64,000 nt of DNA, taken from positions 62,001 through 126,000 of IMG/VR virus record IMGVR_UViG_3300043410_001892; one strand, 5' to 3'. Position 1 is the stretch's first letter; every line of letters starts with the position of its first letter. Below, in pieces: positions 49,901 through 58,135 of the stretch. Both the position numbers and the translations under genes were made by a program. The notes beneath the pieces were generated by a model that made no database searches, had not been told where the DNA came from, and was given only the letters and a program-made list of their open reading frames with translations.

Positions 49901-52900
49901 CAATGATTGCTTTTAGTCTTACATAAACTGCAGTCAATGCAGTTTGTTGATCACCTACTTCAACTAGTGTGCCTGTTTGTTGATTTTTATATAATCTAGC
50001 ACATACTGCAGTTTCTAAGTTGCCACCATATACTAAATCATAACGTATGGCATCAACAATATAACCTATATCACGAGTACATAATGATTTTTGAGTTTGT
50101 GTAAACCCAGACCAAAGTGTGTTATAATTTGTGTTTAAGTACGCAGTTACTTCGTCTTGAATAAATGCTTTATTTGCATAAAGTAATCGGGCTGCATCTG
50201 AAAAACCAGTTAAAATGTTAGATGGTTCAGGCAAAACTACCGCAGGAACTACACTTAAACCATTGTTGATTATATTGATAATTGTGTTTAAACTGTTAGT
50301 AACTGATGTTGCAGCAGGTGCATATCCGCTAACTTGTGTAGCTAAGTAATCTCTCAAATAAGTAAATGCATCAACTGTGATTGCTTTTTCAGTACTTAAT
50401 AAGTTAGCTGATTGAGCAGTATAATAGCTCATACCAGCTTTAATAGATCTAAAGTTAGATCCAAACATCATATCATATCGCAACGCATCGATAACAAATC
50501 CAACATCTCGCTGACATAAAGATGAGTCATAAACAAATGCACTTGTTGTCCAAGATGTATTATTGGTTAAAATATTGCCAATAATTGCTTTTAATCTTGC
50601 GTATACCGCAGTAACAGCAGTTAGTTGGAGTGCAGGTTCAACTAATACACCAGTTTTTTGATTTTTATATAATCTAGCACATACTGAAGTTTCTAAGTTA
50701 CCGCCGTAAATTAAGTCATAACGTATGGCATCAACAATATAACCCATATCGCGCTTACATAATAATTTTTGAGCAGGTGTTAAACCTAACCAAGTTGACG
50801 TGTAGTTAGCCAGTAAATACCCACTTACTTCGTCTTGTATAAATGCCTTGTTAGCATTGATTATACGAGCTGCGTTTGAGAAACTTGCAACGATGTTAGA
50901 TGGTTCAGGTAATGTAATAGTAGGAACAGCACTTAAACCAGTATTGATAATACTAATAATAGTGTTCATATTATCAGTTACTGATGTTGCTGCAGCTGAG
51001 TAACCACTAACTTGTGCAGCAATATAATCTCTTAAGTGTGTAAATGCATCAATTGACGCAGCTTTTTCATCACCGACTACTGCAGATGCTTGGGCAGTAT
51101 AATAGCTCATACCTGCTTTAATAGATCTAAAGTTAGATCCAAACATCATATCATAACGAACTGCATCAATAATAAAACCAACATCTCGTTGACACAGTGT
51201 TGGATCATATGCAACTGATGATTTAGTCCAAGATGTATTATTAGTTAGAATATTTCCAATAATTGCTTTTAATCTTGCGTATACCGCAGTTACTGCCGCT
51301 TGTTCTGATGAATCTTCAACTAACACTCCAGTTAACTGATTTTTATATAACCGTGCTGCTACCGCAGTTTCTAAGTTGCCACCGTATATTAAGTCATACC
51401 GTATTGCATCAACAACATAGCCCATATCACGTTTACATAATGTGCGTTGATTATCAGTTAAACTAGTCCATAATGATTGGTAATTTGCATATAAGTAAGC
51501 AGTTACTTCGTCTTGAATGAACGATTTATTAGCATAAAGTAGTCGAGCTGCATCTGAAAAACCTGATAATAACGTAGGTGGTTCTGGAAGTACAGCAGTA
51601 GGAACAGCACTTAACCCATTAGTAATAATATTGATAATGGTATTCATGTTATTGACTACAGAAGTACCAGCAAGTGGGTCACCATTTACTGCGTTTGCTA
51701 TATAATCTCTTAAGAATACATACGCTGCAATGGTTGCATCTTTTTCAGATCCAATTACATTTGATGATTGTGCAGTGTAGTAACTCATACCTGCTTTAAT
51801 AGATCTAAAGTTAGATCCAAACATCATATCATATCGAATTGCATCAATAATAAAACCAACATCTCGTTGGCAGATATCAACATCATAAGTAAAGTTAGCT
51901 GTATTGCTGTATACTCGAATAATATATTGTTGTACAGGACCATCTGGTCTAGTAAAACCAATAACGGTTAACGTTTGGTTAACTCCTGAGTAACCAACTT
52001 CAGTAACAATACCTCTATCAAATGTAAATGAAGTAGGTGAAAACCCTGACGATCTAAGAGCATATATACCAAAGTTAGTAGCAGAATTAGTAATAGACGC
52101 ATAACCGCCGCTTTGTGTATACACACCATTTAATGCAAACAGTTGGAAACATGATACTAATTGAACGTAAGCTTCGTTAACAACACGCCATGCAGTACCA
52201 CCAAATAAGATCATTGTAAACGCTGCAGCAACCATTGACTTACATTGTACTGGAACAGCACCGGTTGGATTAACTTCAACCTCTAATAAGCTAACTGGAA
52301 CGTTAGGGTTAGCAATCTTTCCACCATCAATGTATGCTCCGTTACCACCTAAGAAGCTAAGAGCTGTACAGTTTTGAATATACGGTGATAATGTCATTAA
52401 TGGTTTAGTTGTAGGTAAGTTAATATACCCACTACGATCGGTGTTTGTATCAAAAACATCGTCAAATGCAACAGCATAGTCCCATGTGTATGATGCAATC
52501 CCATTTGCATCAACACCATCTCTAAATGTAAATTCAGAAAAGTAACAACCATTTCTAACTCTAAATAAGTCTTTATTTGCGTTTAATGGTCGGAAGATAC
52601 ATGAACGCAATGCTGCACCAATAACACTTACGTTATCTGGTATAATAATTGGGTTATCTTCAATATATTCACCAGCAGCTACGTTGACTACTACTCTTGT
52701 ACCGTTTGGTGCTTTTACTGAGTTGTAAACAAGTCCTGATGCAATTTGCAAACCTCGTTTAAGTGTTCTTACTGGAGAAGTAATACCGTCATTAGTATCA
52801 CTACCTTTAGTGGCTGAAACGTAAATGCAGTTACCTCCAAAGGTATCAGAGTCAGTAAATGCTAAATTTCCATTACCATCAGTTGATATTATTTGTCCTG

Positions 52901-53483
52901 CTAACCCTGTACTTGAAGGAAGTGTTAATGTATAATCAGCAGCTAAGTTAGCTGGTGATCTAAGTCCAATAAAGTTTACACCGTTAATAGTTGATTCAAA
53001 GAATTTAACTGACCCACGGTTTGTAACTGACACAGATGAAGCTGATGCATCACCTATTGTTGGTGAAATCAGTACAGGATTGTTAGAAAATACAACTTTA
53101 CCTGTGCCTGTTTCATCGGTAAGAATGCTTGCAAGTTCTTCAGATGAAGTTGCAGTAAATGCTGATAACTTATCTTCTAAGTAAGCAGCAGTGCCGCCTG
53201 TTCTAAACGTAACAGTTGAACTATCAGTACCAGAAAATGTTAAAGTATTGGTTACAGATAGAGTTTTACCACCAGTTAATGTCAAAGTTGCATCTGATGT
53301 AGGCATAGTGAATGCAATCTTATTAATAGTTGTTGCAGTTGCAATTCCTAAGTCTGGAGTAATCAATGCTGGATTAGTTGATAGAACTACCGCACCAGTA
53401 CCTGTTGAAATAGTTACACCAGTACCTCCGTGGATAACCGGAAGTGTTCCTCCTTTTAGAATGCTTGAAAGAGTTTTTGACAT
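43968..53483 (-). CDS. Giant multidomain tail fibre/spike protein (beta-helix, phycobiliprotein-like repeats, small beta modules)
   Basis: IYVSATKGSDTNDG...VAAGEYIED pectin-lyase-like start; six CxRD repeats; YY(V/I)..F(K/R)L modules; C-terminal YRSAKFIVQ..EILVLHNG..EYG domain. Confidence 0.8.
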   Translation of the reverse strand: MSKTLSSILKGGTLPVIHGGTGVTISTGTGAVVLSTNPALITPDLGIATATTINKIAFTMPTSDATLTLTGGKTLSVTNTLTFSGTDSSTVTFRTGGTAAYLEDKLSAFTATSSEELASILTDETGTGKVVFSNNPVLISPTIGDASASSVSVTNRGSVKFFESTINGVNFIGLRSPANLAADYTLTLPSSTGLAGQIISTDGNGNLAFTDSDTFGGNCIYVSATKGSDTNDGITSPVRTLKRGLQIASGLVYNSVKAPNGTRVVVNVAAGEYIEDNPIIIPDNVSVIGAALRSCIFRPLNANKDLFRVRNGCYFSEFTFRDGVDANGIASYTWDYAVAFDDVFDTNTDRSGYINLPTTKPLMTLSPYIQNCTALSFLGGNGAYIDGGKIANPNVPVSLLEVEVNPTGAVPVQCKSMVAAAFTMILFGGTAWRVVNEAYVQLVSCFQLFALNGVYTQSGGYASITNSATNFGIYALRSSGFSPTSFTFDRGIVTEVGYSGVNQTLTVIGFTRPDGPVQQYIIRVYSNTANFTYDVDICQRDVGFIIDAIRYDMMFGSNFRSIKAGMSYYTAQSSNVIGSEKDATIAAYVFLRDYIANAVNGDPLAGTSVVNNMNTIINIITNGLSAVPTAVLPEPPTLLSGFSDAARLLYANKSFIQDEVTAYLYANYQSLWTSLTDNQRTLCKRDMGYVVDAIRYDLIYGGNLETAVAARLYKNQLTGVLVEDSSEQAAVTAVYARLKAIIGNILTNNTSWTKSSVAYDPTLCQRDVGFIIDAVRYDMMFGSNFRSIKAGMSYYTAQASAVVGDEKAASIDAFTHLRDYIAAQVSGYSAAATSVTDNMNTIISIINTGLSAVPTITLPEPSNIVASFSNAARIINANKAFIQDEVSGYLLANYTSTWLGLTPAQKLLCKRDMGYIVDAIRYDLIYGGNLETSVCARLYKNQKTGVLVEPALQLTAVTAVYARLKAIIGNILTNNTSWTTSAFVYDSSLCQRDVGFVIDALRYDMMFGSNFRSIKAGMSYYTAQSANLLSTEKAITVDAFTYLRDYLATQVSGYAPAATSVTNSLNTIINIINNGLSVVPAVVLPEPSNILTGFSDAARLLYANKAFIQDEVTAYLNTNYNTLWSGFTQTQKSLCTRDIGYIVDAIRYDLVYGGNLETAVCARLYKNQQTGTLVEVGDQQTALTAVYVRLKAIIGSILTNNTSWTKSTGNVTTQVVSGNAGSTDAVTFTVARLEELRVMVSAGTEPSVISPSTTWVSSNLTTQNSTLVTNKSTSQTAVTTYITSVTGSATQVISGTAASSDAVTFAVARLEELRVMVSTGVEPTVISPSTSWVSSNLTTQNSNLVSNKGASQTEISNYVALRYGAGNGQYISGNPGSVDATAFVVARLEELRIMVSTGTEPSVFEPGVGWVEDTNLVVQSTILQTNKDAIKTFVTDYISTQFGPLDLTSNYKTRSPSYLEVTFNAATEIDIVNDIFTTSSPHGFVNGDAVVYNTNNQVPLGGMFTGSQYYVVFLNTTQFKLAHDNSLSLLLNVTRTSTGLHSIVKNDYELFVDDVIETHHVFQTIVLNNNTYTFVPGQKLEGVTTGQPNSANVYSFDGENTLVVAINVVTIYNNPIRKLFAAGSTITKAGSDVFSPAISVTSVTLRSDLYGATFTVMPSLLDGSLNNINSLPGKKVYFHRPSIVNSSGHTWEYAGSGIDYNALPVNGGQGYPAFQQFEENAGRVYSSGTNELGDFQVGNFITAYNRTGNIVFKNTVTVSQLNVLKLALSDISIDAISSDIGLGENEISGPANNKLSTQLAMWTYLKTRLGSFIDKSVSTNAVPGAVVQLNSAGQINNDLIPAQRAPTALIRLGYHSRLTAYEDVPSVSFIAGDTCTEKFQTVTITLSLPITALDFALVTQDTSGATGYIKGDVTNSTTVVIASQYETFSVSFDTNSAHILTIGGDATPSTTNTSVYCSAVSAAVEANDTNVLRDSSTNQYLVIPYNGTYTYTNATISSVIRYNNIAYVITTAAHNLVTNNQVKVTATTLTSYNTSPYVTVLTTTKFSYPNTDTATTASATTTATATINAASNASTTTGTVASAALSGTINVNDYVFGGGLPLGSIISAVNMSASPRTFTVTFPTTSSVTSTSTAALTFITPVSETGTVNSVITAASSQAQGEVYEVRRGMVVVVNNLTISGGSLYTNGSYSRVALTGGAGSGALANITVTGGAVTAVDLVYAGTGYGIGNTLSASLPVGSGFSITVSTVETRLYINNMTGGQFTGSSNSPDFVTDNNSSWLPITVSTTITKTFNAASAVDYVNNIITINSHGLSNGDPVIYSPGVNPAIGNLSIVTPYYIIVLSANTFRLSTEYNGATYVTLGTSSTGSHTLTISTVNTTNNRIYVASHGLATGDAVTITGSTLPSYLLSGSIIQITDRQTFFIGSVTTNSFTLHFYRADSLVSVSGSTIAAVDFSSTGSNTYWLIHDQVQIIGFSNTSGKNLSNWGLLTTSGVDASNIVSGTISTSRLASSGTANSSTYLRGDSSWATAVASLKSNTSIITLGGTGVSPYYGAVTMDIAKATFPTDNSDYSTMGVAQFNVLQFDVGTGNTAGRVFIKAGVVDAGTLDTYDSSYFLDPANFTGSIPVDKGGTGLTGYTAGDLLYANNASSLSKLAIGPANTILSSNGSLPYWADSLTLATIVKTNSGEIQTVSTGTANVFNTNALSINVGGSASSVVIGASSNTRSFTTIVKNYTTSGSATTSISAVISSALVISTVARNGSNIATIVTSTAHGLTSGDTVTIVCNNTTFNGLNLSVVTVVNTTTFTYANTGTTLSTVAGVGTVYTGGTGFALFTAATSSSTKLTFSGTTGIVIGQLVQSAAGIPSNTLVTGIDATSVYLSNAISTDLTSLTTVVFAHTNTSLGIKAGDQVTIASSGIANLDGTWPVTSAGSSSSSFTVKIATIITLSSSPRVGTIEKINTLLLRNKTVTLGSSEASATPVAATLKGENAVGTNISASDFTITPGLATGTGTTGNFIIKTGAPGTSGDITQSATTRLTIDGNGLATFVNSVVIKTDLEVQGTVVTGITTTPTTIKSFSATTYRSAKFIVQANCTASSGSNLNTYQVAEILVLHNGTNAYMVEYGDISTVSGGAMLATFTCDINSGNVRILAQAAAATDTISVRVISSLTII
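49140..51890 (-). repeat. Three 678-bp (226-aa) A+B repeats followed by three 77-78-aa repeats
   Basis: CxRD anchors at 51861/51183/50505 (A) and 51426/50748/50070 (B); ARLEELR anchors at 49777/49546/49312. Confidence 0.92.
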
Positions 53484-53504
53484 TTAAAATTCCTTATTAT
53501 ATTT

Positions 53505-55139
53505 TTATCCAGTAACTTCAACATAGTTGCAGATAGCTACCCATTTAATTGTTTTGTTTGTTTCGCCTACTACTGTTATAGATAACCCGCCATTAGTAGT
53601 ATCAATTGAAATATTGCAGTCCCAACCAGTTGTATCTTTGCCTAAAACGGTTTTTACGGGTGTTCCTACAAATGCAGTTGATGCAGCATTAGCATTTCGA
53701 TCTATTACCCCTTCAAACTTAAATCCTGCTGATTCATCGTCAGCATCAGTGCGTCTAGCTGATACTAATATTGAAAATGTTTGAGTGCTATCATTTCTTA
53801 AAATTAATTGATTTGTTGCGGTTGCAGCACCAGAATCAGTCGTTAAAACTGCTGGAGTACTGCTAGTTGTAGTGTTACGAGTTATAATTCTTCCATTAAT
53901 ACTTGTTAAACCGTTGCTGCCACTTACTGGTCCTAATGGTGTTTCTTGTAGTTTCCAATTACTAATTGCACTAACATATACAACAGTTGAAAAAGCACCA
54001 TCTAAGTCTAAAATTAATGAAGTATCGCTCTCAATTGTGGTGCCTGAATTAGGAACAAGCGTTACTGGGTTTGTATTAAATGTATTTGCGATATCAATTA
54101 CACCAACAACATCACCGTCGTTTGGACTGTCTGGTAAAAAGATTGAGAATGCACCAGCAGTTGAGTCTGCTCTAACTAAATTATTTGCTAAAGCGTTGTA
54201 ATTTTCAGTTGCAATGCCTAAACTTGATTGCAATCCGCCGCCAACTAATCCCCATAAAGTTCCATTATACCCTTCAAATGATCTTAATTGTGTGTTGTAA
54301 CGAATGTTACCTGCGGTTGCATCACCGGGTCTTGCACCGGTATTGCCAACCGGCACAGTCATTGAAGTAGTTGTGGTTAATTTAGTGAATTTACCAGTAC
54401 TTGGCGTAGTTGTACCAATTGCTAAATTATCAATTGACCCAGTAGTACCTGATGTAATAGTAATAGTTCCTGCACCGGTAGTTGAGAATGATTGATTATT
54501 AGTAGTGGTGTTAAATGCAATAGTACCTGATGCTGTAATGCCTTGTGTTGAAATACCTGAAGTTACGTATGTAGTGACGTATTTTTTAGTAGTAAGGTCA
54601 TTATCTGTTATTCTACTTTCGTATGGAACTGAGTTGTAAGTAGAGTTAGCAATCGATATAGTTGCTTGAGAATTCTTTAGATTAAAAACGATGCCATCGG
54701 TGTTAGCTGTATTACATGCAATACCAGTTACTTCAAGTGAGCCAAGTTGCAAACTGGCTAAAATTGTTGAAGATCCTCTGGTAGTTTGTGCTACAAAGGT
54801 ACCGTTTATATCCATATTAGTTGATGGATCAAAATGACTTACTGATTCGTTAAAGACAAGTCTCGCTGATAATGGAATGCTTACATCTTTACCTCGATCT
54901 ATTTCAATACCAGATGTACGAAGAGAATTACGAGCAGTAATACCATTACCAAGTTCACCCTTGTTTAAAATAATAATGTTATCTTTAACAGTTGTATCAG
55001 TTGTTGTGATATAAGTTGCAGCACCTAATATATTAAGATCTCCAGAAACAACAACTGCGCCTGCTTCAAAGATAATAGAATTTGAGGTCGATGCTTGAAC
55101 CTTATAATCACCTTGGCTAATTTTTAATATTCTTGTCAT
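53505..55139 (-). CDS. Tail fibre / baseplate-associated structural protein
   Basis: DNIIILNKGE, GNIRYNTQLRSFEGYNG, ADSTAGAFSIFLPDSPNDGDVVGVID fibre-type motifs. Confidence 0.7.
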   Translation of the reverse strand: MTRILKISQGDYKVQASTSNSIIFEAGAVVVSGDLNILGAATYITTTDTTVKDNIIILNKGELGNGITARNSLRTSGIEIDRGKDVSIPLSARLVFNESVSHFDPSTNMDINGTFVAQTTRGSSTILASLQLGSLEVTGIACNTANTDGIVFNLKNSQATISIANSTYNSVPYESRITDNDLTTKKYVTTYVTSGISTQGITASGTIAFNTTTNNQSFSTTGAGTITITSGTTGSIDNLAIGTTTPSTGKFTKLTTTTSMTVPVGNTGARPGDATAGNIRYNTQLRSFEGYNGTLWGLVGGGLQSSLGIATENYNALANNLVRADSTAGAFSIFLPDSPNDGDVVGVIDIANTFNTNPVTLVPNSGTTIESDTSLILDLDGAFSTVVYVSAISNWKLQETPLGPVSGSNGLTSINGRIITRNTTTSSTPAVLTTDSGAATATNQLILRNDSTQTFSILVSARRTDADDESAGFKFEGVIDRNANAASTAFVGTPVKTVLGKDTTGWDCNISIDTTNGGLSITVVGETNKTIKWVAICNYVEVTG

Positions 55140-55154
55140 TTATGATCCTAAAAT

Positions 55155-55176
55155 TAGAGGGTCTTACGACCCTCTA
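55155..55176. terminator. Hairpin terminator candidate
   Basis: TAGAGGGTC-ttac-GACCCTCTA. Confidence 0.65.
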
Positions 55177-55188
55177 TAACAGTTGTTA

Positions 55189-56205
55189 TTAACCGTTTGC
55201 AATCTTTACTACGCCAGTTACAGCAGTAGCAAATGACCATGGAGCTTGTTGTGCAACACCGTCTGCAAGCAGTGGAAATTCGTGTCCATTTGTTCCGTAA
55301 GGAACAATCATTGCTTTACGAGCAGTTAATTTTTGAACATAATAAGTTTTACCTAAACTGTCAGTTGCAGTAATAGTCATTTCATCAGACGCACTTGCAG
55401 CTGCTGATGTTTTCAACTTAGCAATAAAGAATGTAGAACCATTAGTTGTTACTTTATAACGGTCTTTTGCTACTTGTTTAGCAATATCAGCCAATGCATT
55501 AGTTGCACCAGCATACGCAATAATTGCAGGTTCAGAACCAGTTGTTGAAGAAGCAATAACTGAAGTTGCAGTTAATACTGGAGTCAATGTTGTAGTACCT
55601 TGTGTACCAGTATTTAATGTAATAGTTGGTGCAGCAGTATAACCAGAACCTTGATCTGTAATTGTAATGCTTTTGATTGCGCCAGTTGCAGTAACAAAAG
55701 TTGCAACAGTTAAAGTTAAATCGTTAGTAACGTCGGCTCCTCCTAATGCACTACCAAGAATTTTGATTGTGTTAGTTAATGCATAGCCAGCACCTGGATC
55801 TACAACAGTTACAGTGATTGTTGAGCTATATGCTGTACCGGAAGTTTTTGTTACAATAAATGTAGCACCTGTTCCAGATTGTGCCGAAGTTGATGCTAAA
55901 GGTGCTGATGCAGAACCATATGTTGCTGCAGCAGTAACACCAGTACCGCTTGCAGTAAAAGTAGTTTTATCAGTTAATGCACCTACTGAATGCGTTACGA
56001 TTGTACCAGTGGCAGTAACACCGCCTGGTGTAGTTGGTGCAGAAAATACTGCTTGTGTTGTTGAACCGTTAGTGTAACCAGATGAGTTGTTAACTGCAAT
56101 AGTAACACTTGCTACACCTTTACCGCCAATTCCGTCGTCAGCAGTTGTTGAACTTGTACCAACGTTACGGTTACCAAAGTATTTTTTATTTAAGGGACGT
56201 CCCAT
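55189..56205 (-). CDS. Virion structural protein (possible head decoration/fibre)
   Basis: Start MGRPLNKKYFG after AGGAG; ITDQGSGYTAAP and VDPGAGY structural repeats; GATAAATA at 56288-56295. Confidence 0.65.
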   Translation of the reverse strand: MGRPLNKKYFGNRNVGTSSTTADDGIGGKGVASVTIAVNNSSGYTNGSTTQAVFSAPTTPGGVTATGTIVTHSVGALTDKTTFTASGTGVTAAATYGSASAPLASTSAQSGTGATFIVTKTSGTAYSSTITVTVVDPGAGYALTNTIKILGSALGGADVTNDLTLTVATFVTATGAIKSITITDQGSGYTAAPTITLNTGTQGTTTLTPVLTATSVIASSTTGSEPAIIAYAGATNALADIAKQVAKDRYKVTTNGSTFFIAKLKTSAAASASDEMTITATDSLGKTYYVQKLTARKAMIVPYGTNGHEFPLLADGVAQQAPWSFATAVTGVVKIANG

Positions 56206-56290
56206 TTTATTTCTCCTATGACGTTCTATGTCATTACGCATTAGACTATGCATAAGTCTGCAAGATACAGCACTTAAAATGACTAAGTAT

Positions 56291-56875
56291 TTATCCGTAG
56301 GTAATACCTATTCCTACTCGATTTATAACTGGAATATCTCGATGTGGGTAAACTTTATTGCTTACAAACCCAATGACAATACCAAAAGATGAATTAGAAA
56401 CATCTGCATTTGTTAATCCATTAGCACCCCAAAGATTATCAGGCCCACCGTATATATTGTAGTCTTCCACTATTGGTGCTACTAAATTGTTATCGCCGGT
56501 ATACATATTAGCTTGAACTGGGTACACTGGATCTGCAAAATTATCTCCAATTAGTTCATCATTTAATGTTAATTGAATTGTTAAGTCTTCAATTCTTGAC
56601 TTTCTGTCAATATCTAATAAGAATTCTATACCTGCAATAGGTCGAGTATCTAATGGAATGTTAAGATTAGTACACCAAAGTTGATTAGTTTTACTAAGAA
56701 ATTTTTCCATCCATAGACCACTTATAGTGTATAATGGTTTTGATGTATATGCTTTGCTGTTTTCGTTAATGCTATTATTATTAATTACCCACTCAACTGA
56801 ATCAGAAATGCTTTCAACTGAATCAGGTATTGGGCGTTGTATAATATTTGTAGGAGTATAAAATATTGTGTTCAT
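56291..56875 (-). CDS. Hypothetical beta-rich protein
   Basis: GATAAATA at 56880-56887 immediately upstream; follows the capsid terminator. Confidence 0.65.
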   Translation of the reverse strand: MNTIFYTPTNIIQRPIPDSVESISDSVEWVINNNSINENSKAYTSKPLYTISGLWMEKFLSKTNQLWCTNLNIPLDTRPIAGIEFLLDIDRKSRIEDLTIQLTLNDELIGDNFADPVYPVQANMYTGDNNLVAPIVEDYNIYGGPDNLWGANGLTNADVSNSSFGIVIGFVSNKVYPHRDIPVINRVGIGITYG

Positions 56876-56889
56876 ATTATATTTATCAT

Positions 56890-56916
56890 AAAAAAAGGGC
56901 TCAATGAGCCCTTTTT
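56890..56916. terminator. Rho-independent terminator after the major capsid gene
   Basis: AAAAAAGGGCTCA-a-TGAGCCCTTTTT. Confidence 0.85.
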
Positions 56917-56941
56917 AAATATAGTTATAACTAAAAAAATC

Positions 56942-58117
56942 TTAGCTAAATTTAACACTTGTATGTGTGATACCAACACGACCTAAGTAGTCAGCAGCGT
57001 TACCCAAAGATGACGCAGTGTTAGAAAGTTCAACATAACCATAACGTGTCATGAACGATACAACTGGTTCAAATGTTGATGGATCAAGTACAACACCTGA
57101 TGACATCAATGGAATATATGGACAGTAGAATGCAGGTGCATCTGATTCTGAACCACCTTTGTAACCAATTAAGATTGAAGTATTGTCTGTAGCATAGCTG
57201 TTTACATATACTTTTAATGAGTTGTTTAAAGTACCAACGAATTTTGTATTAGTTGGAGCTTCAAATGTACCTTCAGTTGTACGAGCAAATGCTGAAGTTG
57301 TAGCAGATTGCAAAATAGTTAATGCAAATGGAGATACAACAGCATAGTTACCAGCACCACGACGTGTACGTTGTGCAATCAAGTTGCTTACACGGTTGAT
57401 TTGAACAGCTAATGCAGCGTGTTCGTCACCTACGAATGTAGCAGTACCTGATACTGCAGATTGATTGTATGTTTCAACATCTGATCCAGCCAATGTTAAT
57501 AATGAAGCGATAATTTCTTGATCGATCTCAGCGGTAATTTCTTGAGCCAAAGCAGCCATAATTTCTGCTTCAACGTCAATACCTTGTTGTGCTTGCGCAT
57601 CTTGAGCAGATTCAAATGTCCAGCGAGCTGACAACTTACGTGTTTTAGCTTCAACTGTTTGTTTCAAGATTTGAATGCTCATTTTTTTACCAGCTTGTCC
57701 TTCTAAAGTTGCAGTTGACGTAGCTTTTGCTGCGTTTGCATTTTCATTACCTGAATATGCTTCTGCAATTTTGAATGGGCTTAACGCTTCTTCGCCTGCT
57801 AATACACCTGCTCCAGTGCTTGTGTCTGCATAACGAACGCGCAATGTGTGGATTTGACCAACAGGACCAGTCATCGGTTGTACCCCAACCAATTCGTTAG
57901 CGATAACGGTTGGCATAACACGACGGATTACTGGTAAAATCACGCGGTTTAAAGTTGCAACGTTGCCAGCAGATGTAGCACCAGCAGTTGGACTTTCCAT
58001 CAAATACTTACGTGTATTTTCAAGTGTTACGCCCATTACTGATTTTTTTGTACCTTGCAAGCCTTCTAAAAGAGCTTGTTTTGTTTCTGCCCAACGGCCA
58101 TTAAGTAGTTCTGACAT
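56942..58117 (-). CDS. gp23: Major capsid protein
   Basis: VIRRVMPTVIANELVGVQPMTGPVGQIHTLR, VEAKTRKLSARWT, AFYCPYIPL, FMTRYG. Confidence 0.98.
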   Translation of the reverse strand: MSELLNGRWAETKQALLEGLQGTKKSVMGVTLENTRKYLMESPTAGATSAGNVATLNRVILPVIRRVMPTVIANELVGVQPMTGPVGQIHTLRVRYADTSTGAGVLAGEEALSPFKIAEAYSGNENANAAKATSTATLEGQAGKKMSIQILKQTVEAKTRKLSARWTFESAQDAQAQQGIDVEAEIMAALAQEITAEIDQEIIASLLTLAGSDVETYNQSAVSGTATFVGDEHAALAVQINRVSNLIAQRTRRGAGNYAVVSPFALTILQSATTSAFARTTEGTFEAPTNTKFVGTLNNSLKVYVNSYATDNTSILIGYKGGSESDAPAFYCPYIPLMSSGVVLDPSTFEPVVSFMTRYGYVELSNTASSLGNAADYLGRVGITHTSVKFS

Positions 58118-58135
58118 TTAAATTCTCCTAAATTT

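Noticed and set aside
49140-51890. Inferring a cyanobacterial host from the phycobiliprotein-like repeats
   Set aside because: No photosynthesis or bilin-synthesis genes are present in this window, so the host cannot be assigned from this motif alone.
40281-56077. Many plus-strand ORFs (Val/Pro/Ala-rich) opposite the fibre genes
   Set aside because: They are antisense shadows of Thr/Gly/Ser-rich codons, are fully overlapped by strong minus-strand genes, and have no motifs.
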